A stretch of 56,588 nt of DNA from positions 1 through 56,588 of the IMG/VR virus record IMGVR_UViG_3300043409_001689, one strand, 5' to 3'. The notes under the pieces were generated by a model. It was not told the origin of the DNA, did not search any database, and saw only the letters and a list, made by a program, of their open reading frames with translations. This document shows positions 1-9,331 of this stretch, piece by piece (within the stretch, counting starts at the first letter, position 1; each line of letters starts with the position of its first letter). The DNA is from a virus. Its lineage: Duplodnaviria; Caudoviricetes. The translations under genes were made by a program, and so were the position numbers.

Positions 1-2
1 TG

Positions 3-320
3 AATGAAAAAGCTTTTGTAATAGATTGCTTTTTCATAAGGGTAGCGGTGAAGTGTGAAAATTTGCACTTTTGTAGGCTTATAAAGTCTAAAGTTAGCTT
101 CCATGACAATATCACGGTTTATCGGTGTGAATTTGTAGGATGCAAGATAAAGCTATTAGAAACGACTAAGGGGCTGAATGAATACAAGGACTGTGTGTTT
201 GTGGATTGCGAGTTTAAGGACTTTGCAAAGGCTACTACAAAGTTTGTTAATTGTAAGTTTGTGGAGTGCTTAGGTATGACTGGAAGAGACTTGGAAGGGA
301 ATTGGGTGGAAACCCAATAA
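3..320 (+). CDS. 5'-truncated hypothetical protein with CxF repeats (possible beta-helix/pentapeptide-like)
   Basis: Frame is open from the window edge (position 3) to TAA at 320; repeated (D/N/R)C(x)F units. Confidence 0.55.
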   Translation, partial: NEKAFVIDCFFIRVAVKCENLHFCRLIKSKVSFHDNITVYRCEFVGCKIKLLETTKGLNEYKDCVFVDCEFKDFAKATTKFVNCKFVECLGMTGRDLEGNWVETQ

Positions 321-440
321 TATTTGGCTCTTACAAGCCATTAGGAGACTTTTGGAAGTTTAGGGGTGTACTACACGGGTGACGAAAGCACACCTTTGGG
401 GGAATCTTGGAAGACTGACAAAATAATATTTGGAAAAACA

Positions 441-479
441 AAAAAGCCGTTGCGTCTCTTGGTGAGTGCAACGGCTTTT
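441..479. terminator. Bidirectional intrinsic terminator
   Basis: aaaaagccgttgc...gcaacggctttt between convergent ORFs. Confidence 0.8.
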
Positions 480-501
480 AACTAAATTAACAATCTAAAA
501 T

Positions 502-1248
502 TTAACTTAAAAATATGAGTTCTTTGATAGCTACCATGCGGTCTTCGGAAGTCCCCATGTTTAGGGTGCTGCCTATTGCAAAGTAGTCTTCAACTATTTT
601 CTTTGTTCCGTAGATAGGCGTTTCGTAGCTGTCGCCATCTTCCAAGACTACTTTGACGGTTCTCTTGCGATACTCTAAGTCCCCCTCAGTAGCTTCGTAC
701 ATATCTGTTTCTTCATTGAATCGGGAATGGCTATCGCAGAGCAAAGCGGGGCTGTAATAGTCCGTGTACACTTCATCGTCTTCTCCTAAGACTTTCCCGC
801 ACACTCCGCACTTACATTCTTCGTAGCTGTAGATGCTACAATTCATTTCAAACATCTTTTGGTCTGATTCGTTATCGAATCTCCCCAAGACTACTTGCGA
901 ATAATCGGGAAGCGTAGCAGCTACCACGAAAGGCTTTAGGGGTTCTTGGGGTGCAAGTGGGGTTTCTTGGTTATCTAAGTAGTTTCCAATTCTCCTATCT
1001 ATCATTAGAAGTTGGTCGTAGCTGTAAGCGTTTAGCTTTTGAATGTGAATCGTTGTGTAGCAGCCTACGCCTATTGACAGATAGTCTCCTATGACTTCGG
1101 GGTCTTCTACCGTTGGTAGTTCTTCCAAGCCTGTTAATCGGCTCTCTTGAAAGAAGTTTTCAATCAGCTTAAAGACTTCTTTCGGAGTGCTGCAAAGGTT
1201 TGAATCTACGTTGTTGCTATCGGACTGAATGAAAGTGACTATATACAT
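502..1248 (-). CDS. Hypothetical early protein (acidic, CxxC motif)
   Basis: 248-aa ORF in a co-oriented cluster. Confidence 0.75.
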   Translation of the reverse strand: MYIVTFIQSDSNNVDSNLCSTPKEVFKLIENFFQESRLTGLEELPTVEDPEVIGDYLSIGVGCYTTIHIQKLNAYSYDQLLMIDRRIGNYLDNQETPLAPQEPLKPFVVAATLPDYSQVVLGRFDNESDQKMFEMNCSIYSYEECKCGVCGKVLGEDDEVYTDYYSPALLCDSHSRFNEETDMYEATEGDLEYRKRTVKVVLEDGDSYETPIYGTKKIVEDYFAIGSTLNMGTSEDRMVAIKELIFLS

Positions 1249-1280
1249 TTTGATTAATTTAAGAGTTGATGAATTATTGA

Positions 1281-1604
1281 TTAGTTTTCTGTACGGTCAT
1301 GCAAAGGGATTGCGCCATACATTCCTCCGATAGCTTCGCCAAAGCGGCTGTCAGAAGATGCCACGAAAGCCCCTCCGTTCATAGTCCATTTGCCAGCATC
1401 ATACAAGTCCTTTGGAACGGCATGATAAACTACTCTGCCAAAAAGGTTACGCTTGACTAAGACAGCTTCGGGGTAGTCTTCGGACGGTGTGAAGACTTCG
1501 GGAAGACCGTTACCCGTAAGAGTGTAGCCTTTGATGCTTGAGCGGTCAGAACCGCAATTTTCCGTAAGGGGCGTTGAATATATCCAAACGATAAGACCTT
1601 TCAT
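1281..1604 (-). CDS. Hypothetical phage protein
   Basis: 107-aa ORF preceded by the TTAACGAAAATTCT leader motif (1651-1664). Confidence 0.75.
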   Translation of the reverse strand: MKGLIVWIYSTPLTENCGSDRSSIKGYTLTGNGLPEVFTPSEDYPEAVLVKRNLFGRVVYHAVPKDLYDAGKWTMNGGAFVASSDSRFGEAIGGMYGAIPLHDRTEN

Positions 1605-1679
1605 TTTATGGAAGATTGTAAGCAGCCCCCGAGAAGGCTGCTTGGATTATAGAATTTTCGTTAATGGTTGCGAGTGCTT

Positions 1680-2213
1680 TTAAGCGGCTTTGACCTCTGC
1701 CATAAGTTCTTCTGTGGACCGCACGAAAGGCGCAGCAAGCTTTAGGCAAAGTTCTTGAAGCTGCTTGGTCTTTGAATAAGGAACGTCTGAAAGTTTGTGG
1801 ATAGGCTCAAAAGCCTTTTCCAAAGCCCAGCGGCTTTTAACCTCTTCGTGTTCCGCTATAAGCAAAGGGCAATACCCAACGCCTTTCTCACGGACTACTT
1901 CAAAGCCTTCTGACAAATGACGTTCATGCAAGGCTTCCCAATATGGTGCAAGCGTCTTTGAGTCGTTTCCGTCAGTCATTGCAAGGTAGTTGTCCTTTTC
2001 ATGGAGAATTGCGCCATTAGGCTTTAAATCGGGCATCATGCGCTCTGATGTTTTCTCCGCAGGGAAGAAGTCAAACTTTGCAAAGACCTCAGCTTTGTAG
2101 GCTTCTACGGTGGGTCTGATAGCTTGAACATAAGCCATTGAGACAAAGACCCCTTCCGCAGCCTTTACCATCTCTTCTGTAAGCCCAGCAGGGCGTTGGA
2201 TTGATTTTTTCAT
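1680..2213 (-). CDS. Hypothetical phage protein
   Basis: 177-aa ORF; motif variant TTAACGAAG directly before the ATG. Confidence 0.75.
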   Translation of the reverse strand: MKKSIQRPAGLTEEMVKAAEGVFVSMAYVQAIRPTVEAYKAEVFAKFDFFPAEKTSERMMPDLKPNGAILHEKDNYLAMTDGNDSKTLAPYWEALHERHLSEGFEVVREKGVGYCPLLIAEHEEVKSRWALEKAFEPIHKLSDVPYSKTKQLQELCLKLAAPFVRSTEELMAEVKAA

Positions 2214-2239
2214 CTTCGTTAAAATTTATTAGATTGTTA

Positions 2240-2554
2240 TTACACGAATTTTATGAAATTATAATCTTTACCAAGTGCTTGCAAAGACTTATTTACATCG
2301 TCTTTGAGCATATATGACATTTTCCATCGTTTTGCCAAAACGATAAAAGTTTGTTCTCCGTTATCGTTGTGATAACCAAAGGCGTTTTTTGTGTTTAGCA
2401 GCCATTCTACTTGAATCCCATGACTTATGAGATTCTTTGCCCAGTCTTGCAAGTGCTTTTGTTTAAATTTTAAGAAGTTTTCAGAATTACCAATTTCTTT
2501 TTCTTTTACTACTCCCCATCTCGTTTCAGTGATTGTAAATATAGCGTATTCCAT
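2240..2554 (-). CDS. Hypothetical protein
   Basis: 104-aa ORF in the cluster. Confidence 0.65.
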   Translation of the reverse strand: MEYAIFTITETRWGVVKEKEIGNSENFLKFKQKHLQDWAKNLISHGIQVEWLLNTKNAFGYHNDNGEQTFIVLAKRWKMSYMLKDDVNKSLQALGKDYNFIKFV

Positions 2555-2566
2555 AAGTTAAATTTA

Positions 2567-2926
2567 TTAGATTGTTACTAAAATATTGATAGGCTTGACA
2601 GCCTTAATGCTTTTCAAATTACTTCTAAGGAACGAACGAAGTTTCCCAGCTTCCACATCAAAGTAGCAAAAGACTTTGTCAGACGCCTTGCGCTCGGTCA
2701 GCTTTACGTAGTCCTTTGCAAGCGTTCCCGAAGCTTTGCGGAGCGTGACTCCGTCTTTTTTCAAGTACTCAAAGTCCACCAAGAAGTCTTCCATGAGTTC
2801 CGCAAGCTTGTTGCACTTCCAAGCAGCCCATGAAAGCTTTTGGGCTTCTCCGAAAGAAACACCGTGCTTTTTAGCCCAAAGGTGGGCAAAGGAGACTATC
2901 AAGGAGCGAGGATAGGAGATTTTCAT
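2567..2926 (-). CDS. SH3-like beta-barrel (WYL_2/DUF2693-like) protein
   Basis: F.Y.KKDG..R.A.GTL...YFDVE....RSF pattern typical of the family. Confidence 0.7.
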   Translation of the reverse strand: MKISYPRSLIVSFAHLWAKKHGVSFGEAQKLSWAAWKCNKLAELMEDFLVDFEYLKKDGVTLRKASGTLAKDYVKLTERKASDKVFCYFDVEAGKLRSFLRSNLKSIKAVKPINILVTI

Positions 2927-2962
2927 TTTCGTTAAATTCTTATGATTGCTTTAATAATGATA

Positions 2963-2994
2963 CAAATGTATTAATGTTATTTCATACTTCCAAA
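2963..2994 (-). promoter_or_regulatory. Bacteroidota primary-sigma promoter
   Basis: -7 TACATTTG (2963-2970) and -33 TTTG (2991-2994), 20-nt spacer. Confidence 0.75.
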
Positions 2995-3494
2995 TTTATT
3001 TTATATATTCTTAAAAATAAATTCTTAGTAGATGCAAATGGTTTTTAGTGGTTAGCGGTGCAAATGGTTTTGAACGGTTGCAAGTGCCTTTTAATGGTAT
3101 CGGGTGCAACCTATAAAGAACGGTTTAAATCGTCCTAAAGCCTTTTAAAGTCTATTCAATACCCTATCAATACCCATGCCTTTACCCATCACTTTCAAAA
3201 GCCTAAACACGCTTTAAGGCGTTCTTTTGAAAGTCCTATATAAGTACATAGGAAGTACAAAAGGTAGGCTTAAAACGCTTTAAAAAGGCTTGTTCCTTTC
3301 TTTATAGTTCCTTATTCTTTCAATGGTACGGTATAGGTACACAAGTGAATCAATAAGGCATTTTAAAGCGATATAAGGAACTATTTTAGAAAGTCTATCA
3401 ATAGGCTTTATGAAAATCTTTTTGGCTTATATCAAAGGTTGATTTTTAGTCTTCCATAGGATTAAAAGGCTGTTATTGTTGATGGATACCACAA

Positions 3495-3531
3495 AATAAA
3501 AAAGTACCCATGTTTTACACATGGGTACTTT
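3495..3531 (-). terminator. Intrinsic terminator
   Basis: 13-bp stem aaagtacccatgt/acatgggtacttt followed by a U-run on the minus strand. Confidence 0.65.
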
Positions 3532-3636
3532 AAGCAAAAACAGCACTAAAAACGATTCTTTAATCGTCTTTCTATAAATAGAGAAAGCGGTGCATCTATA
3601 AAAGATACACCGCTCATATATAACCATTTACAAACA

Positions 3637-4368
3637 CTACACAGTTGCACTCATACCCAACATTCTTAACATCATTTCACGCATCTCGGGCGTTAATTCT
3701 ACTTTAGACGTGTCAATGCTTTCTAAAGTCTTAAGAACTTCTCCCGCTTTCTTAACGCTTTGGGCAGCGATTTTTGCTTCCATTTCAGCCTTCCGCTCCG
3801 CATTGCTTTTTGCAAGTTCTACAAAGTTGTTTGCACGTGTGAACGTGTCACTAATCAGCTTTTCCGCTTTTGCGGTGGCTTCGCTTATGATGCGCTCCGC
3901 ATCAATGGCAGCTTTTTCGTTCATCTCATTAGCTTTTTCCGTGGCTTGTTCAACCGTTAAAGTAGTACGTGAAACAATCGTTTCAGAATTGTATGTAGGT
4001 CTTTCTGCACCGTTGAAATAACGGAACTCCTTTGAAATACGGTCTTTCAAGAACTCTGGAAAGTCTTTTGTAGCTTTTCTCACCCATTCCTCTTTTGGAA
4101 TTTCTCTCGTTTGGTAGTCTTCAAAAATAGCCTTTAGGCGAGACTTTTGAGTGACTTTTTCAGCACGCTCCGTTGCGCTTTCAATAGGTTGCAAAGGTGT
4201 TTCAGCCGTTGGTAAGTCTTCTGAATAGTCAACCGTCAAATCTTGGTTAGCTTCGATAATTGTCTCAATGTCCTCACCCATTAAAAGGCGGTCAGCGAAT
4301 GACACCTTTGAAGTTTTAGAGGCGTTGTTTGTTGTTGTTGTTGCTGGAGATACGATAGAATTTTTCAT
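3637..4368 (-). CDS. Hypothetical coiled-coil protein
   Basis: 243-aa ORF with own promoter and leader motif; AERIISEATAKAEKLI helical repeats. Confidence 0.75.
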   Translation of the reverse strand: MKNSIVSPATTTTNNASKTSKVSFADRLLMGEDIETIIEANQDLTVDYSEDLPTAETPLQPIESATERAEKVTQKSRLKAIFEDYQTREIPKEEWVRKATKDFPEFLKDRISKEFRYFNGAERPTYNSETIVSRTTLTVEQATEKANEMNEKAAIDAERIISEATAKAEKLISDTFTRANNFVELAKSNAERKAEMEAKIAAQSVKKAGEVLKTLESIDTSKVELTPEMREMMLRMLGMSATV

Positions 4369-4434
4369 TTTCGTTAAAATTTAATTGATTGTTAAAAGAT
4401 TTTTTAAATGTAGCGTTAACCGCTTTTGATGATA

Positions 4435-4466
4435 CAAAGATATGCTATTTAAATGACACTACCAAA
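4435..4466 (-). promoter_or_regulatory. Bacteroidota primary-sigma promoter
   Basis: -7 TATCTTTG and -33 TTTG, 20-nt spacer. Confidence 0.7.
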
Positions 4467-4545
4467 TTTATTAATACAAATGTATAATTATTTTTAATCT
4501 TTTTTTTAATGGGTTATTTCTTTCAATAACCCATTATCTATATAG

Positions 4546-4562
4546 TGCAATAACTATGCCAA
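4546..4562 (-). promoter_or_regulatory. Putative sigma-54 (-24/-12) promoter
   Basis: TTGGCATAGTTATTGCA fits TGGCA..GG-N10-GC. Confidence 0.55.
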
Positions 4563-4580
4563 AAAGATATAATTGTATTA

Positions 4581-4970
4581 TTATTTGTAAGTAATAAATA
4601 TATCCTTTGCCGTGAACATAGTAATACTTTTAATGCCACCTTTAGAATCCTTTAGTATTTCTACCTTATAAAATCCTTCCTCATTACTATCTAAGTATGC
4701 CACAAATTTGCACGGGCTAACTTCGTACATGGTAGCATCAAGAAACCAATAAGCGGTAACACCTACATAGATACATGAAGTCTCTTTTAATTCCAAGTCA
4801 TAAGACTTTATAAAAGTCTTTCCCCTTAGTTCCTTGAAAGTGCTAATACTTTCCTTTGCTTTAAAGTGTTGGGAACGTACTGGGGTAGTTTGTGCATAGC
4901 TTAAGGCAACAATGCAAGATGAAAGAATGAAAGTAATTAAAAGGCTTTTGATAGATGATAGATTAATCAT
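4581..4970 (-). CDS. Hypothetical exported protein (signal peptide)
   Basis: Start reassigned to ATG 4970, just after the leader motif; MINLSSIKSLLITFILSSCIVALSYA/Q resembles a Bacteroidota signal peptide. Confidence 0.7.
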   Translation of the reverse strand: MINLSSIKSLLITFILSSCIVALSYAQTTPVRSQHFKAKESISTFKELRGKTFIKSYDLELKETSCIYVGVTAYWFLDATMYEVSPCKFVAYLDSNEEGFYKVEILKDSKGGIKSITMFTAKDIFITYK

Positions 4971-5016
4971 AGTAGAATTTTCGTTAAGCGTTCCAACATT
5001 GGAACATCTATATACT

Positions 5017-5033
5017 TGCATAAACTATGCCAA
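5017..5033 (-). promoter_or_regulatory. Putative sigma-54 (-24/-12) promoter
   Basis: TTGGCATAGTTTATGCA, GG-N10-GC; near-copy of 4546-4562. Confidence 0.55.
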
Positions 5034-5535
5034 TTAATAATATAAGTGTATAAGAATTAAATAAAGTTTATGGCATCAATACACACCCCTTGAAAGTCTT
5101 TCAAAAGTCTATCAAAGATTTATAACAGCCTACCAAAGACTCATAAAGACTACCAAAGAACCGTGATAGCTGACTTGTAAGGACTAAAGTCTTTAGGTGT
5201 GTTTAAGAGGTTGGACGGGCTGCGAAGCCCCCCCTAATCGACTTTTGAGGGTGGGGGGAGGGCTGCCACCTTTCATGTACTCCGCCAATTCTTTCAAGAA
5301 TCATTATATTAAGAAAGTCTTTATGTGTCTTTCAGCTTGCTTGCAACCTCCCCGCCTTTTTTTCAGACTTCTTTCAGCCTTCCGACATCTCTTGCAAGGC
5401 TTCGGGAACACTCTCAATGCGCTCTCAATAAGACCCCTACCCCCTATGACTATTTGAAGCTTTTGAAAAATTATTATATATTTTTTAGGGGATTTTGTAT
5501 ATTTGTGGAATCATTTAACGAAAATCAAAAGTCCT

Positions 5536-5760
5536 ATGGAAGTCTTTTTATTAGTCTTTGCGACTATCCTTGTAGCTTATGTATTTTTCTTGACGGCTCG
5601 CTTGAAATCTGTTATGAACATCTCCAGGTCTCGGCAAGAAGTCATAGACGACTTATTGGCTACCCAAAAGTATCACGATGAACTCCGTGACGAAGTCTTG
5701 AATATGATAGCTGCGGATTGCACCTTTGAAGAAATTGAAGAATATTTGGTAGGGCTATAA
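5536..5760 (+). CDS. Small membrane-anchored hypothetical protein
   Basis: TATATTTG at 5498, leader motif at 5515, ATG 5536, N-terminal TM helix. Confidence 0.7.
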   Translation: MEVFLLVFATILVAYVFFLTARLKSVMNISRSRQEVIDDLLATQKYHDELRDEVLNMIAADCTFEEIEEYLVGL

Positions 5761-5766
5761 AAGAAA

Positions 5767-5937
5767 GTGTTTCCAAAGCCTATCAACGATGCTCAAATGG
5801 TGCTTGAATTGACAAGCGGTCTTTTAGGACGCTTTAAGACTGGAATCCTTTTTAAATTTTTGAATTACCTAAAATGCTATAACAATGATAATTCGGAAAG
5901 GATTATTGAAAGGCTTTCTAAACTCATTGCTTTATAG
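5767..5937 (+). CDS. Small hypothetical protein (56 aa, not in ORF track)
   Basis: GTG-start ORF filling the gap between neighbours. Confidence 0.35.
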   Translation: MFPKPINDAQMVLELTSGLLGRFKTGILFKFLNYLKCYNNDNSERIIERLSKLIAL

Positions 5938-5976
5938 TTTACCGATTTGGTTTATTTTGTATTTAATTTTCAAAAG

Positions 5977-6366
5977 ATGAGCAATAGAAAACAATGGTTT
6001 ATAGACCGCATCGGACAACGCGTATATCGCAACCACGTAGGCTGTGATTGCACCATTTGCAAAGGCGGATATACCCACGGCATAATCATTTCCGACCCCC
6101 TCAGTGCGGACTACATTTGGGAATCAGAATCAATTAGCAATAGCGAGGGCGACCCCCTTATGTATTTTGATACCATTGAACAAAGAGACGCTTTTGAGAC
6201 GTTTCTCAAAGAAAACTCAATAACCTATGACGGGTCTATTGAAAAGTGCGTCGAGGTGCTTGTGGCACGAATAGGAATAGAAGACGCTCCGTCTATTGTT
6301 CTATTTCAAAAGATTGCTAAGAATTATTTAAACATTCAAAATATCGCCAATGAGAAATCCAAGTAA
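5977..6366 (+). CDS. Hypothetical protein (Cys cluster)
   Basis: ORF with CDCTIC motif; ATG start at 5977. Confidence 0.7.
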   Translation: MSNRKQWFIDRIGQRVYRNHVGCDCTICKGGYTHGIIISDPLSADYIWESESISNSEGDPLMYFDTIEQRDAFETFLKENSITYDGSIEKCVEVLVARIGIEDAPSIVLFQKIAKNYLNIQNIANEKSK

Positions 6367-6784
6367 AAATACCATTAAACGGCTTGTAAAACAACGGACA
6401 ATCGAAAAAGAATCCTCAATGAATACTGAGTGGAGTCCTAAAAGGCTAAAGCTATCGCTTGGATTTATTCAACACCACAACGTCTATACCCGAATTGCTC
6501 TTGTAAGTAAAGGGAAGATTATTATAAATAGCTTAAAAGGTTGTGAAAGGTACGGCTTCAAGCCGCCTTTTGCAAAGGACAGCAAGCCTTCCGAGATATT
6601 TGAAAGGCTTATAATGCTCTACGGGATGGAAGTTAGGAAAAAGTCTAACGAAGTCTATGGTAGTCCAATTTGGGCTACCGAAGAAACTAAATTTGACTTG
6701 CCCGGCACAACGGCTTTTTGGGCTGAAAGCTTTACCCGAACTTCCCTTGACACACTAAGGGAACATGGATTTAAAATCGTTTGA
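6350..6784 (+). CDS. Hypothetical protein
   Basis: 144-aa ORF overlapping the upstream stop. Confidence 0.65.
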   Translation: MRNPSKNTIKRLVKQRTIEKESSMNTEWSPKRLKLSLGFIQHHNVYTRIALVSKGKIIINSLKGCERYGFKPPFAKDSKPSEIFERLIMLYGMEVRKKSNEVYGSPIWATEETKFDLPGTTAFWAESFTRTSLDTLREHGFKIV

Positions 6785-6818
6785 AGAAATTGTAAGAGTG
6801 GCTCTTGGGTAGGCTTTT

Positions 6819-7616
6819 TTATTCTTTCAATAACCGCTTGAAGTTCTCATTGGAAACCACCTTCGTTCCCTTCGCTTCTACCCTTTCTATTAACTCCTTT
6901 GTAAGGCTTCCCCCTTCTATGGCTGCTTCGTGGTTTTCTTGAAAGCCTATGGCGTTTTGTTCAATAGACTTGTTGCGGGTAAGTTCCTCGGAAAGCATGG
7001 AAAAGACCAATTCAAGATTAGTCATGTGGTCACGTAGGTTTTCTTTTTCAATCCCCTTAAAAGCCTTGTGTTCGCTTGGGGTCATGCCAAAAGTGTACTT
7101 GGCTACGGTGGCAGTTAATATGGAATATTCTTTATCCTCCTTAATTCCCCTTCTTTGCCATTCGTCGGTAAGTTCTTTACGGATGCCAATTGCTTTTAGG
7201 CGGCTCTCTATCCACTCTTGGGGATAGCCTTTGACTTCATAGATTCTACGTAAGCGGTCAATAGCTATTTCGGGTTCGCTGGCTTCGTCAAGGCGTTCTT
7301 TTCCTACTTCGGCAAGCCACAGCTTGAAGGGTTCTGCTTTAGGCGAAGGGATAGACATAATGATTCTTAGGATGCCTTCGCTGGGGGCGCAATCCGTGGG
7401 GCGCATTTTACCGTCTTGGGCTAAGAATTTCAACTTTACCCAATTAGGGGAAAGTTCACTATCGCGGCTCTTTAGGTTGTTCCAATACCTTGAAGGATTC
7501 GGGCTATCGGTCAAGACTTCAATAACATCTACTACCGAAAAGAACCATTCTCCTTCATGCCATACCTTGCGAATAGACGCTTCTTGAAAATTAATTATGC
7601 TGTTTGATTTATCCAT
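6819..7616 (-). CDS. BRO-N domain phage antirepressor-like protein
   Basis: IRKVW...EWFFSVVDVI..LTDS, PSPKAEPFKLWLA, LRDHMTNLEL signatures. Confidence 0.88.
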   Translation of the reverse strand: MDKSNSIINFQEASIRKVWHEGEWFFSVVDVIEVLTDSPNPSRYWNNLKSRDSELSPNWVKLKFLAQDGKMRPTDCAPSEGILRIIMSIPSPKAEPFKLWLAEVGKERLDEASEPEIAIDRLRRIYEVKGYPQEWIESRLKAIGIRKELTDEWQRRGIKEDKEYSILTATVAKYTFGMTPSEHKAFKGIEKENLRDHMTNLELVFSMLSEELTRNKSIEQNAIGFQENHEAAIEGGSLTKELIERVEAKGTKVVSNENFKRLLKE

Positions 7617-7659
7617 TTATAAGCTAATTTATACCAAAAGTAATAAATTATTTAGATAA

Positions 7660-9294
7660 ATGGAAGAAGAAGAATTAGAAGCGGAATTGGTACTTAGGGA
7701 AGCCTTTAGGAGAAAGCAATATCTTGTATATCAAAAGAACCCGCTTGCTTGGGCGCAAGATGTCTTAGGGGAAGACCCTAAATTCTACAAATGGTCTTTA
7801 CATGAAGGTTATGAAAATCATAAATGGGATGGCTCTAAAGACCCTATTTGGGGGGCTTGGAATTGCCTTGCCAAAAAGCAATGGGCTTCCTTACAAGCTG
7901 CTACGGGAACTTCTAAGACTTTCTCGGCTGCTCGGGTAGCCTTTTGGTTCTTAGACTGCTTTGAAGATGCTTTAGTGGTGACAAGCGCACCGAAGGAATC
8001 TCAATTGACTTTGAACCTTTGGGGGGAAATATCAAAGATTAAGGACAAGATGAAAGAAGTCCGTCCTTATATGTACCAAACGAAGCTTTCTATCAAGATG
8101 GAAGGATTGAATGAAGATTCACCCTTTCGGGAGACGCATCAAATGATAGGCTTCGTGGCGGGTGTAGGTGCTGACGAGGAATCCGCTACAAAAGCGCAGG
8201 GTTTTCATAGAAAGAATATGTTATTCATCTGTGAAGAAATGGCGGGTATGAATAGCGCAGTTGTGACGGCTTTCAAGAACACTTGTACGGGCGAAAATAA
8301 TCTCATATTCGCTTTGGGGAATCCCGATAGCGAAACGGACGAACTTCATAAGTTTTCCTTACTTCCAAACGTCCATGATTTCCGTATCTCTGCTTATGAC
8401 TACCCAAACGTGGTATTAGGAAAAGAGTTGTACGCTGGGGCGGTCACTCGGGGTTCTATTGAAAGACGAAGGGTAGAATATGGCGAAGATTCGGCTTTAT
8501 TTCAATCTCGTGTCCGTGGAATGACCCCAAAGGACGACGAAAACTCATTGATAAGGGCTTCTTGGGTGGACTATGCGGACATTCATAGTGATTCATTTGG
8601 GAATGTTCCAAAGGACGGTGAAGGCTATAATGGTTGTGGGGTGGACGTGGCACAAAGTGAAAATAGAGATAAGGCTGCGGTGACGTTCTTTGAATCCAAC
8701 GAACTTGTAAGGCTTGATGAGTTTGAATGTAATAATGCTACGCATTTAGCTTATAATCTCTTTATGGCAGATGCGGACCTAATGGAAAAAGGCTATATCA
8801 AGATGCCTACGGGCAAGATAGACGACTATATGATAATGGACGATTGCATAGGGGTAGATACGGTAGGTATTGGGGTAGCTACTTTAAACGCTTTTGTGGA
8901 TTGGGGGCATAACGTGGTGTCTTTAAGCGGCGGTGCATGGACTGACGAAGGGATTATTCCTTTGGAATATGACGACAAAGGGAAGGAAAAGCCTTTGTAT
9001 AAGTTTGCGAACTTGCGTTCTCAAATGTATTGGGAAGCACGGGAAGACCTACGAGCGGGGAAGCTAAGAATCGCCTTGAAAGATAGGGCATTGTTTGAAA
9101 GGCTTAAAAAGGAACTTTCAGTCATTCGCTTTGCGCTTTCAGATAATGCCGTGGCGGTGGAAAAGAAAGAAGCGATTAAGAAAAGACTTGGGGGAAAGTC
9201 TCCGAACCTTGCGGATGCTTTTGTCTATGGTAATTGGGTAAGAAAAGCATATAGGCTGCAAAGTTTTGGTCTTCCTATGGCTTTTGGTGGATAA
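7660..9294 (+). CDS. terL: Terminase large subunit
   Basis: Walker A-like AATGTSKT, Walker B ICEE, GNP motif, nuclease GVDVA and SPNLADA. Confidence 0.92.
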   Translation: MEEEELEAELVLREAFRRKQYLVYQKNPLAWAQDVLGEDPKFYKWSLHEGYENHKWDGSKDPIWGAWNCLAKKQWASLQAATGTSKTFSAARVAFWFLDCFEDALVVTSAPKESQLTLNLWGEISKIKDKMKEVRPYMYQTKLSIKMEGLNEDSPFRETHQMIGFVAGVGADEESATKAQGFHRKNMLFICEEMAGMNSAVVTAFKNTCTGENNLIFALGNPDSETDELHKFSLLPNVHDFRISAYDYPNVVLGKELYAGAVTRGSIERRRVEYGEDSALFQSRVRGMTPKDDENSLIRASWVDYADIHSDSFGNVPKDGEGYNGCGVDVAQSENRDKAAVTFFESNELVRLDEFECNNATHLAYNLFMADADLMEKGYIKMPTGKIDDYMIMDDCIGVDTVGIGVATLNAFVDWGHNVVSLSGGAWTDEGIIPLEYDDKGKEKPLYKFANLRSQMYWEAREDLRAGKLRIALKDRALFERLKKELSVIRFALSDNAVAVEKKEAIKKRLGGKSPNLADAFVYGNWVRKAYRLQSFGLPMAFGG

Positions 9295-9296
9295 TA

Positions 9297-9327
9297 TTTG
9301 GAATATTGAAAATAAGATATATCTTTG
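9297..9327 (+). promoter_or_regulatory. Bacteroidota primary-sigma promoter
   Basis: TTTG-19nt-TATCTTTG. Confidence 0.7.
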
Positions 9328-9331
9328 TGTT

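Noticed and set aside
4507-4536. Inverted repeat as a terminator for the minus-strand gene
   Set aside because: Followed by an A-run, not a U-run, on the minus transcript.
5197-5681. ORFs 5197-5457 and 5325-5681 (also 3427-3627)
   Set aside because: Low-complexity regulatory DNA, atypical composition, and overlap with promoters or terminators.
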